A stretch of DNA of 64,000 bases. Origin: the human T2T-CHM13v2.0 reference genome, Homo sapiens. Below, in pieces: positions 1 to 15,014 of the stretch; the stretch's first letter is position 1, and each line of letters opens with the position of its first letter. Below the pieces are notes generated by a model. That model worked only from the letters and a program-made list of their open reading frames with translations. It was not told where the DNA came from and did not search any database. The DNA lies in the NCBI RefSeq assembly GCF_009914755.1, contig NC_060930.1; one strand, given 5' to 3'. Position numbers and translations under genes: made by a program.

Positions 1-167
1 CTGTAATCCCAGCTACTGGGGAGGCTGAGGCAGGAGAATTGCTTGAACCTGGAGGTGGAGGTTGCAGTGAGCTGAGATCGTGCAATTGCACTCCAACCTG
101 GGGAACAGGAGCAAGACTTCGTCTCAAAAAAATAATAAGAAAAAGAAGAAGAAGAAGAAAATAAAAC
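1..167 (+). mobile_element. Alu right arm (cut by window edge) with A/AAG-rich tail
   Basis: ctgtaatcccagctact...gaggctgaggcaggagaa...gtctcaaaa. Confidence 0.93.
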
Positions 168-1904
168 AGCTGATGAGATTGAACCTTATTTGTTATTACT
201 ATTTTTTTTTTTTCACTGAGGGATGTTGGAACAAGTATTTCAAGTTTTCCCAATCCTTTCTGCATCCTACAATAAATAAGAAGGCTCTGATTGAAAGAAG
301 ATGATGAATCTTTATAATATCTTTTTGCATACATCACAGGAATTGAGAAAATGAGTAATGATGGGGTAACAAATCCTTTTTAATTTTTAAACAAATTTTA
401 AAGTGGGCCTAATTTAATTGTCAGCTTAGAATTTATTTAAAATATTTGATGATAGGTGGTTATATGGTTTTTAGCCTGTAACTCAGAAATAATTTAAAGA
501 ATTTGGTGATTTTGCTGTGTAACATGGGAAAAACTGGGATTTGGGGGGATTGTTTTTTGTGAATTTAATTTATAAAAATAAAAAATAACAACAGAACCCC
601 AATAGTCTACTCTTCCTCATTATGGCAATAAATAATATTAATACATAAATATTTGATTTAATTCATAACAATGTAAAATTTCTGTTAAAAAAGTACTTTT
701 TGTATTTTAAAATGTGATAAATATCAAGTTGCTATGATAGTTTAGTTTCAAAGATACAACTTTTAGATGTCAATATTTGATGTAGTATAGAAATCACATT
801 TTTTATACCTGTTTAACCTTCTCATGAAAAGGTGTAGACATCAACATAAAAACATGTTAAGGGATACATTTCTATAATCTTAGAGCATATAATAATTTTA
901 TAAATTCCTAGAGCAAGGAAACTTTTTTTTGTGAGAAAAAAATTCAAGAGTATTTTGCTAAACTACTTGCTGATTCATAAAAGCTGCATGGGCTATGTGC
1001 TACCCTCTGCCAGGAATCCTTCTGCATTCCTATTAATTTGACTAACTTACTGACTCAGTGCAGATTTTACTTCTTACAGATTATTTTTCATGACCTCTTA
1101 AAGATGATCTAGAAATTGTTCTTGTGTGCCCCTCATCACATGTGTTATAATATAAACATCTGTTTATCTTTCAATCTTGATTCTCCTGGAGGACAGGGAT
1201 TATCTTTTTCTTTTTTTACCACCTGACACATAAATGGAATTTACAAATTCTTAATGAATGCCTCCTCTCTAAATATTACTAATAGTCCACTAAAATGTAA
1301 ACTCTATGAGAACAAGAAGTATGTCGTGTGATGATCATTGAATGTCCACCTCCTAATATAGTATCTAAGACATGTTAGATAACCTGTAAAACTTATCTGT
1401 TGATTGAGTAAACAAACTATACAGTAATTCATAGCTTTTTTTTTTAATGTTCTACCACAAATCAATGACAAAATAGAATGGAAACAATCCTAGTACTCTA
1501 ACTCATTACCTTACTATGTTTATAATGAATTTTAGATTGAGTCATAGGTCATATTATCATATGATTTACACCTTGTGCCCTATCCTTTCTAGTATTTATA
1601 TCATTTCCAAAAATGATTCACTTCTGGCCTTAATGGGAATTTTCTAGTGTTTTATCACTTTTTAAAATTACCTTAATATTCCTACATTTCGAAGTTGGTT
1701 GGTCTTTTGTTTTCTTTTTAAATCAGGAATGAATGTTGAAATAATGTATATCAAATTACTTTTGGCCGTCTATGGAAATGCTAATAGGCTTATTGTTTAT
1801 GTGTTTGAACTTTTTAATGTAAGTAGCAGCAAAATAGTAAATTCTCTCATATTTGAAACATCCCTCCATTTCTGGAAAGAATCCCATTAGTTTTTGCATT
1901 TTCT

Positions 1905-2920
1905 TTTAATTAAACTTTTTCTTTTGAAATAGTTGTAGGTCCATGTGCAGCACATGTAGTTGTAAGAAATATTACAGAGAGATTCTGTGTACCCTTTACC
2001 CAATGTCCCCCAATGATAATATCTTGCAAAACTATAATAATGTACCATAACCAGAATATTGGCATTGGTACAATTCACTGGTTTATTCAGGCTTTGTCAG
2101 TTTTACATGTATTTGTGTGTGTGTGTGTATATTTAGTTCTAGACAGCTTTGTCAGGTGTACATTCCTGTACCCATTACCATAGTCAAGATAGAGAATAAT
2201 TAAGAATTCCCCTTGTTGCCCTTTTATTAATATAACCTGCCTTCTCCTTTTCGCTACCTCACCCCCATCCCCTGGTAGCCAGTAACTTGTTGTCCATTTC
2301 TAAAGTTTTATCATTTAAAATGTTCTATTAAATGAAATCATATATAAGCTTTTGGGATTGGCTTTTTTCATTTGGCATAATCTCTGGAGATTTATCCAAG
2401 TTTATTCCTTTTTTAATGCTCAGTAGAATTTCACCCTATGTGTATACTACAGTGTAACAGTTTAATCATTGAAGACATTTAAGTGTTTTAAATTTGTGAC
2501 AATTATGAATAAAGTGAATATAATCACGTATAGTTTTTGTGTGACCCTAGTTTCCATTTCCCTGGGATAAATGCCCACAAATTCAGTTGCTAGATCATAT
2601 GGTAATTGCATGTTTAGTTTTATAAGAAGCTGTCAAACTGTTTTGCAGAGCATCTGTACCATTTTACACTCTTATTGGCAACACATGAATAAGTGATAGA
2701 GTTTCTCTTCATTCTCACCAGCATTTTGTGTCACTATTTTTAATTAGTCATTCTTAATAGGTACAGTGATATCTCATTGTGGTTTTAGTTTTTATTTCCC
2801 TGATAGCTAATACAGTTGAAAACCTTTTCATGTGCTTATTTACCATATGGGTATCATCTTCAGTAAAATGTCTTCATGTTTTTGCTCATTATTTTTGAGT
2901 TTGAGAGTTCTTAATATATT
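1905..2920 (-). mobile_element. L1M (old LINE-1) 3' end fragment
   Basis: Antisense L1 3' motifs (ggattggcttttttca, gatatctcattgtggtttt, ttttcatgtgcttatt). Confidence 0.75.
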
Positions 2921-4991
2921 ATAGTTACGTTATCATTTTGAGATTTTTAGTAACAGCGTTACTCTGGTTTCTTAGATATTGTTGAGAAAATTACTCCTTT
3001 TCCTCAAATGTGAGTTGGATTAAAAACGCAAGCAGATTTACCGCTTTCTTTAGATTTAAAAAAATCATTGATACAGCAGAACTTTGTGCTTTTTTATATT
3101 TCTCAATTTCTTCCATTAGAAAAATATTTTCCTCTTGAGCCATTCTTGATATAGTAGTTTTCTAGAATATCTTTCATTTCTACTGTATTTTGAAATTTAT
3201 TAGCTAGAGTTAAGCATTCATCCTAGTTAGTAATAAATGTAAATTAAAGTGGAATAACAATTTTTGACTGTAAAAATATGACTCAGTACAAATGAGTACG
3301 CGTTCAGATCCTTGCTGACATGGCTGTGTGATTGGTACAAAGTTTGGAAAGCATTTTGGCAAAATGTAGAGTATCTAATTCAGTAATTCCAGTTTGGGGA
3401 AATGTGTTCAGGAAATAACTATACATTTAGTAAGACCTTTATGCAGAATTTCCTGAATGATTATTTATACATTTATGATAAGCTCAAAATAACCTAAAAT
3501 ATATATCATTATGGAAATGGTTAAGTAAATTATGTTATATCCACTGCATAGAAAGTAATGTAATTGTTTAAACTTTACAAAGCATCTTTTATAACGTGAG
3601 GGAAGGTTTATATGAAAGTGTGGAATACGGAATTATTATACATGCAGTTCCATATGTCTATCTGAAGAAATCTTTGTCTTCAGTGACCCCTCGTGATTTG
3701 AGTTCTGAATCACCTTTTGTAGTTTTAATCAAATTAATTTCATTTTGTTACTAGAACATTAGGCACTTGGTTGTCTCCAAGCCTTTTAACATTCTACTTT
3801 ATCTGCCTTGACACCTCTTCTCTTCCCCACCACACTCACTAGATTTTTATCCTTTGGGTACTAGCTTGAAAGTCACTTTCTCTGGGAGGCCTTTTCTTAA
3901 GTCTCCTAGTTTTAAGGTGTTTCTTTTTGTTCTTTATGCCTTGGTGTAGCTTTACCGTAATTGCTTTTTCATTTGCTTGTCTTTCTTCTAGACTGTAAAC
4001 TGAGGAAGGCTTACACTGTGCTACCAGTTTTTATTCATTTACTCTGCCTGGTAGTGCTAGGCCACTAGAGATATTTACATAATAAAGAACAGGTGCTCAA
4101 AAAGTGTTAGCCAAATTGACCTGAATTTTAAGGCAGTTGTGGTCCCTAGAGGGAAGTATGGCCATACAGTTGTCACCTAATAAGGCAGACAACTAGCATT
4201 CCTGTAGCTGATTGGCATTTTAACAGTGCTTTCTTTCAGGATGTCTGCCTCACAGTCTTTCTGGTCCTTCTGTTACTAAGTGATAGAACCAAGACTCGAA
4301 TAAACAAAGTCAGATTAAAAAAAACGGTTGAATGAAAAATTGTTGGTAGTAGCTAGTAATTAGAGAACCAGTTATTGAGTGAGCCACAGAGTAACTGAGG
4401 GGAAAGGGACTAGTACAATCCATGGCAAAAGAAAAAGGCAAAAAAGCCAGTGAAAAAATCTCGGAGATTCCCCTAAGTGGAGAGTGGAAAATGAAGGAGA
4501 TGCTTTCTGTTAATAGTATGTCTCTGAGCTCCATCTCTTTATTTTTCTTTAATGAAGCCGGAAAATATTTGAATCTTTACTAAAAGTGGGCACTGTTAGA
4601 TAAATATTTTGATTCTGCCAGGTTTGGTGCTGTAGATAAAGCTAAACTCAGAACTTTCCCCTTCCTTTTTCAGTTTGCCGTGAGTAAATGTATAAAATTT
4701 CAAGTTTCAATTTTTAAAGCTTCCTCTAGGGGGTGACATTGTAAAGTTAATAAACTTCCAGTTAAAGTATACACACAGTCTCAAGAGTCTTCATTTGTTG
4801 ATATCATCATCAGAAAATTAAATACAGTATAGTTGTTCAGGAAGCTGTAAGTATATATAAAGTTATTTCAGTTCTGAGATGTTACAGGACATACCAGTAG
4901 AAAATGTTAATTTAGTGTAAATGCTAAATAACAATGGATTTCTTTATTGATAGATGGTAAACTACATGGATATTAGCATTAACAATCACTT

Positions 4992-5284
<293 letters not shown>

Positions 5285-6349
5285 TTACTATTTTTTGTTG
5301 GGTTAATCACATAGAAATTGGATTTTAAATTCATTCAGACAAGTTTAACTAAACCAATAAAGAGAAGCAGTTCCTTTCAGTCTTTGCTGGTTCCTGAATG
5401 ATAAACTAGAGTCTATAGTCTTATTGCTTGATTACTTACTTTTTTTTATTAATAAGCTTTCTCAGGGTACTTTACTGTAGCATTGACAATAAACACACAG
5501 AATGTTGGACTACTGATTTATCCGTTAGCCTTCCATTCCTCTTAAGTTTGTTTTTGTGAACATATATGCAAACATGAGTTTTATTTTGTAAAAATTATTT
5601 CTTTCCTTTTTGAGTAATGTCAACTCATTTTACATCTCTTTAGAAAAAACCGTAAAGTTGAAGGGGCTGTGGAGTCAGATAACAGATTCTTAACTTTCAT
5701 TTCTTTTTTGGCATTCATACAGGTTTAAGCATCTTTGATAAGGTTTGTCTTCTATGACAATTATATTTGGTTGTTCAAAGTGGAAGCTTATATACTCTTG
5801 AACAGTCAAGGTATATATATAGTAGATTTCAATAACTATGCTTGATATAAGTTCCTACTTTCACTGAAATTCTTCATTGGGCTGTTACATTTACATTTTT
5901 TATGTTTTTTTATATTTATTTTTCTGTGGCTTGTCAGATTTTTATGTTTTTACTATTTTGGGTTTTTTTTTTTTAACCTCAATTTATTATTGTTTCTACT
6001 TGGTGACCCTTAACAAGTCTTGGAGGAGCAATTCTTTGTTGTCAGGGCTGCCCAGTACCTTTCAGGATATTGCTGTTTTAAATGGTAGTAGTACCCCCAG
6101 ACATTGCATTTTAAAATAGAAGTTAAAAAAAAAAAAGCCTCCACACTTTTGTAGCTCCCCCGAGAGGCAGTATAATTGAAAATCTAAATACCTATCAGTA
6201 TGGAAAGTTTATATTATGTAACTGTTAAAGATATATGGAGTTACATTTATTACAAAAGCTGCCATAGCCCACAGCATAATGTAAAAATGAAGGGTGCAAA
6301 CAAATTACATGTTGCAATGTATATAACATTTGTGGTTATATATAATTTT

Positions 6350-6540
6350 ATATGTGTATATGAAGAGAGACATCTTGCTGGATGCAGGGTAAGACTCTGG
6401 AGCCACACTGCCTGAGTCAAATCCTAACCTATCGTTTATGGCCTGCATGACCTTATGAGTTTCAGGTTTTTTATTAACATACTCAGGATAATAATAAGAT
6501 CAACTTCACAAAATTTTTTGGTGGATTAATCAATTTTTCT
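6350..6540 (+). mobile_element. MIR
   Basis: gactctggagccacactgcctgagtcaaatcct...tgacctt core. Confidence 0.6.
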
Positions 6541-7169
6541 ATTTTTATGTGACTAAATGAATACATGATCCATGGCGATTACTCGTTTGATATTAGTTAT
6601 TATCAAGTTATTATTATTCCAGTTCAGTGGGATCTTATCAATAGTATATTGCTGGATCTTATGTTTTTATCCATTATAACAACCTCTACCTTTTAATTGC
6701 AATGTTTAAAACATTTATAATTAATGTAATGAGTATGTTTGGGTTTAAGTCTTGCTATTGGTTTTCTATGTCTCATTTGTTGTTTGTTTCTTCTTTCTCC
6801 TTTTTCTGCCTTTTTGATAATCGAAGTTCTTTTAGAATTCTGTCATACCTCCACTGTGAAGTTACTAGATATTCCTCTTTTATTTTTTTAGTGGTTGCTC
6901 TAGAATGCTTACCATAGCTTATCATAGTCTACTGTCTCATAATATACCACCTAATATTTAAGGAAAGATCTTTACTGTCTTTTCCCCTCTCATATCCTTT
7001 GCCTATAGTTGTCATACATTGTACTTATACGTATACCATAAACCTTATATATTTTTTAACTATTCTCTTTTAAAGAAATTTATAAAATGTAAAAATAAAA
7101 ATTTTTATATTTTGCGACATAAATATCATTTTCAGTACTCATCAAGATCCAAGTTTTAAATCTGGTATT

Positions 7170-7530
<361 letters not shown>

Positions 7531-7555
7531 CTATACTATTAATCCTGTCCACTGA

Positions 7556-7901
<346 letters not shown>

Positions 7902-10900
7902 GATATATATTTTACCTCTAGAAGTTTCATTTGGATTCGTTTGTGTATATTCCACTTCTCCTTTCTATTCATGGTTTTCTTTAAATGCTTTCTATAGTTC
8001 TCTAGTATGTTAATGTCACTATCTTCTGTTTTTATTATTTTGTCATTGTTTGATCTCATACTGTTGGCTTATATTTTTTCTTCTTATGGATCACATTTTC
8101 CTATCTGTTGGCCTCTTTAGTAATTTTTGACTGGCAGTAGGGCATTGTGAATTTTACATTCTTGAATGTCTGGAGTTTGTCATCTTTCTTTGAAGGGATT
8201 CAATCTGGCCAACAAGTAATTTGGAGTTCAGTTTGATTCTTTTGTGTATTGTTTTTTTGTTTATTTTTAGCTTTTCAGGGTAGGTCTAAAGTAGCCTTTG
8301 CTCTAGGGAGAGTTTAACACCGCTACAAAAGTATGCCCATCTTGGATTCTCTACTGAATACCCAGGGTAACATATAGAACTCTTCACTCTCTCTGGTTGG
8401 AGCTTGAATGCGTTCTAACCCTGTGTGTGCATTGGGAACATTCAACTTATTGAACAGGTTTTGTTCATTCTTTGGCCTTGAGGAGCTTCCCCCTGCACAC
8501 CATATGTTAGTATTCAGCTGAGTCTCCAGGTTACCCTTCTTCAGATTTCTGGGTTTTTTCCTGCATAGCTCCCTTTTCTTTAGACCTCTGCCCCTTAATG
8601 TACAACTGCCTCAGTCTCCCTGAATTCACTCCAGTGTGTTTTTTCAACTCAAGAGGACTGTTTTCTGCTTGGGATTCCTCTTCCTGGGCCTTAGTTTGGC
8701 GTGTGCCTCCGGGCAGAATGCTGGGCTGATCATTGGTGCCACCTCATTTGTTTCCTTTCTCCAGGTATCATGGTCTTCCTCTATCTCTGTTGTCTGAGAA
8801 CTTGTTACATATATTTTGTTCAGATTTTTTCTGTTTACAGTGGGATGATAACCATAGTTACTTCATCAAGGCCAGAAGTAGAATCTGTGTTCTCATTTTA
8901 ATAATCAAATCATCACTTAGTGTTCGCCATGTGTCAGCACAATAATATCAGAATCCCAGTGATTATCTTTTTATTCTTTGGACAATGAAAAAGCCAGATA
9001 TTCTTACCCTATACTTTGATTTTCATTACATCATTTAATAGGAAGTCAGGAGTGGCTTTTTCTTAAAATTGTTGTTACGACAGGAGTTCCAAAAGTATTT
9101 ATTTAACGAAGGGATGAGTGAAGTAAGTATTCTTTATTAGCAGGCATTCATTCATGCTTCCTTCCTCCCCCCTCCCCCCTTTTTTTGGGTCAAATAGTGT
9201 GCCTAAATTATTTAATTTGGAAAGTAGTTAGATATATTTTGTACAAAAACTGTATAATAATCTTTGACACAGAAATCCCTTCACAAAGGATAATACTAAC
9301 CATATAGAAAAGATCTGCAATATATTTAGGAATAGAATAACATTCAGTTCTATTTTTTGGAATAAAATTTGCTTTTGTGTATCAATATGTATTCTATTGA
9401 GTGCCACATTTTTTAACCTATCAAAGCCTCACTCCTCACAGTTGCTTTTATATCTTTTTGCGTGTGTTTTTATCATGCGTATTTCATAGTTTTATGTTCT
9501 TATGGATAAGCAAGGATGTGTTAGAATGTTAATGTTCAAATTCTAAGGAACTTTGGATTACATATACCTTCAGAATTAGTAAATGTTTGTTTTCTAAATG
9601 TCTCACATTAAATTAAATTCAAGTTGGAAAGTATTTAATCCTTTTGCAAATATGCCTCATTACTCATCATCAAATAATATTTATTCATAAAGATAAACAC
9701 ATTTCCTTGATGAAATAAATCAAATATATTTTCTTATAGATGATTTTAGCTAAATGTTTATTTGTTCTGTTTTTGTAGGTATTTTCCATGTTAGACATTA
9801 ATTTTTCATCGTATTGCTGCTGCTAGAATGAATTGCTTGTCTCAGAGTTCTTTATGAAAGAGATCCTTTTTTCATCCCTGTGGCAAAAAGATGTTTTAGT
9901 GTACTTAAACTGAGTTTTCTTAAGTGAATTCAAGGAATTTTCCTTTTTATTAATAGTAGAAAATGTATCTTATGGTAAATTTTTTGTACTTAAGAATTCT
10001 TTGCAATGTAAGATATTTAGAAATATAAAAGCCAGGCCAATTTTTGTCCTAAATCTTTTAATGCTGAGAGGATCCAATTCTTCAATTAAAGATATTACCA
10101 TATAATAATGTCCTTGTAATTGCAAAGACTACATATGCACACAAACTAAGAAAAAAATGAATGTAGGCCAGGCTAATTAAACTATATTATAATTACACTG
10201 TGTTTAACTATTAGTTATCTGGATTAGGTTAACTTCTAAAGGACAAGAAGTGAATATTTTGTTTATATTTGTATGTGCTGCGTTAATTATCTGCATGTTT
10301 GCTTAATGGTTACATCCTGAGATGGCTGTCACTAAAGCCAAGGGCAGTCTTAGGAATCAACCTTATTTCTCTACTGTCTAGGTTGTTCCCTATATTTCTT
10401 CCCAAAATTGATCTATCAAGTAGCTAACTCTGCTCCATGAATGGTAGGCCTCACATAGTGTTCACTACTATGGTTAAAAAGAGAGAAAGACCTGTGGGGA
10501 GATGACACTGTCGGTACCATCCTTCAAATTATTATTTTATCATATTGGCCAGTGTACATTTAGATCATGAATAATTACCTGATGTGTATGTATGTTTGGG
10601 TAAGTTGGTTGTCTTAGAGATTAAAGTGTGTTTGAAATAGTCATTTGGGATGTTGGGAAAGCAAGTATCAAGCCCATTTGAGACTGATAATTATGATATT
10701 TGTAATGATGACAATCTGTCGTCAGTTTCTGCTGCTTGGATGCAGATATAGAGAAAGAAGATAGTTGGGTTTATGTATGAGTATGCTTTTGCCAGAGGGA
10801 TGTAATAAAAAATTGAGAGGTAGAAGGAGATAGTAAAATAAAGTTCTTAAAATGGAACATCAAAGCTAGTTGCAGAGGGAAGTTAAAGGGGAGAAGACTG

Positions 10901-11134
10901 ATCATAATGAAGAAGTAGTAAGAAGCCAGGGAACTGGAAACCTGTAGTAATGTGCATAGTTGAATGTTGGAAGAAGAGGAGATTATGTTTAGAGAGTGGG
11001 CGCTTGATGTATTGATTTTGGCAGTAGTTTGAGGTGGCAGTTTAATTATAGAATGGCCACTGAGTGAAAGAGAGCACATAAAATTGTTGGAGGTCAGGGG
11101 TCAATAAGAATTGAGAACATGGGCTGTGTTTACA

Positions 11135-11600
11135 TTTGAATTCAATTTACTTGCTTATTGCAGAAAATCCAAAATAACAATGGCTAAGTAAAGTAAGGAT
11201 TTACTCTTTCATGTAAAGAAAGTCTGATGTTGGCAGTACCCTATGTTAGTACACCAATTCCATTAAGTCATCAGGGACCCCAGCTGATTGCAGTTCAAAT
11301 TTACCAGCCAGCACACTTCCAAGGTTGCTTTGTAGCCCAAGATAGGTACTAGGGCTTCAGTCATCTAGTATTTATATTCTAGGTAGTAGGGAGGAAAAAA
11401 GGGAGAGGGTCTGCAAGATCTTTCCCTGCTGTCATTACCCCTTTTATGGAGACATTGCAACAGTCTTTCCTAACTATTTCTGGGAATATAATATTAGTCT
11501 TGGTTACATGGCCATATTTTGCTTTGGAGAATACTGGGAAATGTACTCTTTTGGCTAGGTATGTTACAACTCCTTAGTAATAATATAGCAGCTTGCCAGT
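11135..11600. mobile_element. MLT1-type (MaLR) LTR, degraded
   Basis: ttgcagaaaatccaaaataacaatggctaag...tcagggacccag...actgggaaatgtactctttt resemble MLT1 LTRs. Confidence 0.5.
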
Positions 11601-13049
11601 CCTAAAGAGGTATGTGAGAAATTTTTTTTTTTAAGTTACTAAAGAAGACTGCAAATACAATGATTTCTTCAAGTGACAACTGCTTTTAGTTAAGACAGAG
11701 AAGGAGAAGGAATCAGAAAATGTAGAGGAGTATGCTGATGAAAAGCAGTGGTTCCACGAGATTTTGGTAGAAGGCATGGGGGTGTGGGGAAGAGGCATGG
11801 GCTAGGTTGGGGCAAGAAAACATAGTTCATAATTGAGAGGAGTGAGGATGCCATAAAGCAGCAAGTCTCAACCTTTTGATCACCTATCCATATGAGTTAG
11901 AAAAAACATTGAATACAAATCTGCAATATGTTATGTAAATTATTTATGAATTACATTTACATATTGATGTACTAATACTGTATTATAAGAGATATATAAA
12001 ATAGAAATTTTTAAAGAATTAGATAAAATATCAATATAAATGCTAATATTTTATTTTCCATACTCTAGCCAATTGTTTTGCCAATCCCTGGGATCATATG
12101 GGACTCAAAGGCCTAGCTAGCTTCAGTATAGCATAGGGTGTTGGCTCTCTTAGGGGAATATGAGCCACCTGGCATGGAGCTGATCCTACTTTCTGCTAGA
12201 AGCATCCTCTTAAAAATAAGAGAAAAGATACCTAATATTCTTTGGGAAATTTTGGCAATACAGTAAGATACAGTAAGCTTAAATTTGAGGAGGAAAGAGC
12301 ATATTAAGATTTATAGATATTACCTTGTAAGGAGATAACATTTGATCTGAGATCAAATTAGCATCCCTTTTTATGTCAAAGTGATCTTCAGTGCTAGTTA
12401 GTGTGCAGTGAAAGCAAAGTGCACTACGCTGGTAGTGCAGTATATCTCGGTTACACTTTTGGAACTCTTTTTTTTTTCTCCTTAATACCTAGATGGATCG
12501 AATTCTTAAAATTGATATGTGGTTATGAATACATTATTAAATTAAACTTCAAGCTCTGTAATATGAGATAGCCCTCAAAGCCTAAGCACTAAAAAGCAGT
12601 TCCTCTGGACAAAACCATTAAAATTAAAAACACACAGATATGATAAATAGGTAACTGTTTCGTGTGTATATTAATTTTTAAAGAGAATTTTTGACATGTG
12701 ACCATAATTGAATTGGTAATTCTGAGAGTAACAGATATTCAACTTTGTTATAAAGCTCTAGTAAATTAAACAACGGTAGACCCATAGAATAACACAGCAG
12801 GGTAGGCAGTATACAGAGTTGGGCCCTATTATCCCATGGAAACTTAATATATTATAATGAATGATAAAAATGACATTTAAATCAGTAGGACAGAATGAGC
12901 TATTCTTTCATTCATGTGTTTGTCTATTCAGAAAATGTTTATCAAGGGCCAACCACTGTCCTAGATGCCAGGGATACATCAGCAAACCAAATAGACTAAT
13001 ATCCCTGTCATCATGGAGTGTAAATTCTAGTTAGGGTACAGACAGGTTA

Positions 13050-13850
13050 AATACATAGAAGATTCCCTTTGGTGGGGGAACGTTATATCTCTACTTCATA
13101 CAGTATAAAGAATTGTTACAAGTCAATTTGTTTAAAAGCAAACCAATTTGACAGAAGATTATTTTATTTTGATAGCTATCCTTAATTCATAAAGGAGAAT
13201 ATGGAGCTATTCAGTAAATATCTAACAGTTTTTTAGTGGTTAGGAAAATATAAAATCAAACAGAGTGTTTTTAGTCTTCAGATTGATAGGAATGTAAGTT
13301 TAATAAGTTTTTTGTGAGTTTAGGCAAAATGAGTGCTTGTATATGTTGCGGATACAATGGTGTATTGATACTTTTGTTTTGGGGGGCAGCGTAACCGTAG
13401 GTCTCAAAATGAAACAGGCACAGAGACTATGACCCAGGAATCTCACCTCTTGGTTCCCCTGGGAACTCTCTTGCATTATGCCTAAGGAGGTATTTTGCAA
13501 TTCAGGAGTTTTACTATCAATCTTCATTCAAAAACTTCGTTGCATTTTGTTGTTGCATTTGTGCACAACAGTTGTAATGAAAATTTGAGAGCTACCTAAA
13601 TGTGCTTTTGTTAGCATGATGCATTCATGCTGTAGAACATTAGCACTGACACAGATCTCTAGGACATATTGTTGAATGTAAGGGGTAAATTACAGACATT
13701 GTATGTAAACATCAGTGGTAACAGCAGTTACCACTAGAACTGTTCACAGTTCTTATCACTGGGAAAGCTACTGAAATTGTGGTGACAGCTATTTAGGTTT
13801 AGCCTTATCTCAGTTGTTTTTATTAACTTTTTAAAGAGAAGGTATATTTA
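13050..13850 (+). mobile_element. Degraded L1ME-like 3' fragment hosting the inverted exon-2 copy
   Basis: ctatgacccaggaatctcacctcttgg...ctacctaaatgt resemble L1 3' end motifs. Confidence 0.55.
13493..13529 (-). repeat. Inverted copy of part of VTA1 exon 2 (14341-14378)
   Basis: Reverse complement of 13500-13529 = GAATGAAGATTGATAGTAAAACTCCTGAAT vs exon 14341-14370 GAATGAAGATCGATAGTAAAACTCCTGAAT (29/30); ORF 13300..13527(-) starts MKIDSKTPE. Confidence 0.93.
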
Positions 13851-14316
13851 TTCAAAGAGAGAGTATATGTAAAATTACTATAGCAATTCTTTCTATAAAC
13901 CTCAGTTCAAGTCTCATTTCCCACTATCCCAGCCCATTTTGAATATTTTGTCAGTATCACTTATTTGGCACTTGGCAGGTGCTCTTGTACATATGGTTGT
14001 TTGCTGTGTGCTCTGTCTTACCAATTAAATTATAGGTGCCTTTGACAGCTTAGGACATACCTAGTCCTCTTTTTTTTTTTTTTTAACATAATACCAAAAG
14101 AGAAGGCCTTATTTGATAAAAAAATTTATCATGAATGTCTTGCATTCTTTGGATAATATTTTTGTGCTTTTTAGGTTTATAACTTCCATAGTAAATCAGT
14201 TTTATTTCTAAATTCACTTGAATTTTTAATTATTTATTAGCAATTATATTTTAAACACTCATAAACATGGATGTTTAAAAATGAAATTGTTCAAATTATC
14301 TTACTTTTCTTTCTAG

Positions 14317-14411
14317 GTCGTTTATACGCAATGCAGACTGGAATGAAGATCGATAGTAAAACTCCTGAATGTCGCAAATTTTTATCAAAGTTAATGGATC
14401 AGTTAGAAGCT
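14317..14411 (+). CDS. VTA1: VTA1 exon 2 (95 nt): (C)RLYAMQTGMKIDSKTPECRKFLSKLMDQLEA, MIT1
   Basis: Acceptor ttacttttctttctAG|GTCG; donor GCT|GTaagt; translation matches VTA1. Confidence 0.97.
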
Positions 14412-14703
14412 GTAAGTTAAACACTGATCATTTATTTTCTGGTTATGGTTAAAATACCATTTTATTCATTTGCGTGTCTGTGTTGTCATTTTAGTTCTTT
14501 CCCTTGGCAACAATCAAACAAAGCCATTATACCTGAGGAAAAACTAGTAATAATTTATTTTCATTTATTTGCTGTATACTTCCAGAGAGGTTATGAGTGT
14601 TAATTAAAGTATGTTCAAGTATCTTTGCATATGCCATCATATCTTGTTCCACATTATTATAGATGGCCTTTGGCTCATCCTTTTATAGGTGAAAAACCCC
14701 TCC

Positions 14704-15014
14704 TTTTTTTTTTTTTAAGTTGAGACAGGGTCTCACTCTGTCACCCAGGCTGGAGTGCATCGCAGTGGCGTGATCTCTCGGCTTGCTGCAACCCCCACCT
14801 CCCAGGTTCAAGCAATTCTCTTACATCAGCCTCCCACGTAGCTAGGACTACAGGCACACGCTAAACGCGCCCGGCTAGTTTTTTTGTATATTTTGGTAGA
14901 GATGGAGTTTGACCATGTTGGCCAGGCCTGTCTGAAACTCCTGACCTCAAGTTATACACTCACCTCAGCCTCCCAAAGTGCTGGGATTACAGGCATGAGC
15001 CACCATGCCCAGCC
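14704..15014 (-). mobile_element. AluS with TSD GTGAAAAACCC
   Basis: Antisense Alu; TSD at ~14689 and 15015. Confidence 0.94.

Noticed and set aside
9770-9980. Strong-looking acceptor tttttgtAG in intron 1 as a cryptic exon
   Set aside because: No convincing ORF or paired donor can be supported from sequence alone.
12420-12439. Hairpin TGCACTAC-gctg-GTAGTGCA
   Set aside because: An 8-bp stem is expected by chance in 64 kb; there is no other support.
13300-13527. Minus-strand 75-aa ORF starting MKIDSKTPE as a VTA1 paralogue or antisense gene
   Set aside because: Similarity is limited to the ~30-nt inverted copy; the rest is degraded L1 sequence.
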